NCBI GenBank assembly: GCA_026770705.1
Contig: JANJGN010000010.1
Coordinates: 41,168,001-41,232,000, forward strand
Direction of reading: 5' to 3'
Source of the DNA: Isurus oxyrinchus
Lineage: Eukaryota
DNA: 64,000 nucleotides
Shown here: piece after piece, positions 63,435-64,000 of the stretch
How positions within the stretch are numbered: the first letter of the stretch is position 1
How the letters are laid out: every line of letters starts with the position of its first letter
Made by a program: the position numbers and the translations under genes
The notes under the pieces: model-generated
What the model was told of the DNA's origin: nothing
Database searches by the model: none
What the model saw: only the letters and a program-made list of their open reading frames with translations

Positions 63435-64000
63435 AACAACAGAATTACCTGGAAAAACTCAGCAGGTCTGGCAGCATCGGCGGAGAAGAAAAGAGTTGAC
63501 GTTTCGAGTCCTCATGACCCTTCGACAGAACTTGATTTCGAGTCCAAGAAAGAGTTGAAATATAAGCTGGTTTAAGGTGTGTGTGTGGGGGGTGGAGAGA
63601 TAGAGAGAGAGAGAGGTGGTTGTGTAGACAAACAAGCAGTGATAGAAGCAGATCATCAAAAGATGTCAGCGACAATGGTACAAAAGAACACATAGGTGTT
63701 AAAGTTAAAGTTGGTGATATTATCTAAACGAATGTGCTAATTAAGAATGGATGGTAGGGCACTCAAGGTACAGCTCTAGTAGGGGTGGGGGGAGCATAAA
63801 AGATTTTAAAATATTTAAAAATAATGGAAATAGGTGGGAAAAGAAAAATCTATATAATTTATAGGGAAACAAAAAGGAAAAAGGGGGAAACAGAAAGGGG
63901 GTGGGGATGGGGGAGGGAGCTCACGACCTAAAGTTGTTGAACTCAATATTCAGACCGGAAGGCTGTAAGGTGCCTAGTCGGAAGATGAGGTGTTGTTCCT
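63435..64000 (-). mobile_element. Young Penelope-like element 3' end (runs off the window)
   Basis: Reverse complement of the GIY-YIG end (EQHLIFRLGTLQPSGLNIEFNNFRS), the 3' UTR and the terminal repeat. Confidence 0.9.

Noticed and set aside
803-63693. Remaining 60-130-aa ORFs in the track
   Set aside because: They are chance ORFs or antisense/frameshifted readings of transposon remnants, with no splice-consistent structure or recognisable domains.

Overview
Vertebrate genomic DNA, most likely a shark or other elasmobranch (inferred from the CR1, L2, Penelope and Deu-SINE repeat content). The window lies inside one + strand gene, a PLEKHA7 orthologue. Five in-phase GT-AG coding exons (13859-13963, 25835-25907, 28247-28347, 52231-52406, 57397-57873) encode the PH domain and the region after it. 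The upstream WW-domain exons and the downstream exons were not found here. The rest is intron: nested CR1, L2 and RTE LINE fragments, Penelope-like elements, SINEs, MITE-like elements, solo LTRs and a 5.6-kb CpG-rich satellite whose long ORFs are compositional artefacts. Most notable: (1) about 10 Penelope terminal repeats carrying minimal hammerhead-ribozyme motifs, one subfamily with a non-canonical core and several inserted as tiny or fold-back elements with 12-15-bp TSDs; (2) the (CG)n satellite; (3) a duplicated acceptor/exon start that appears to explain the PLEKHA7-type PH-domain insert. Family assignments come from recalled motifs, not database searches, and repeat boundaries are approximate unless a TSD is given.
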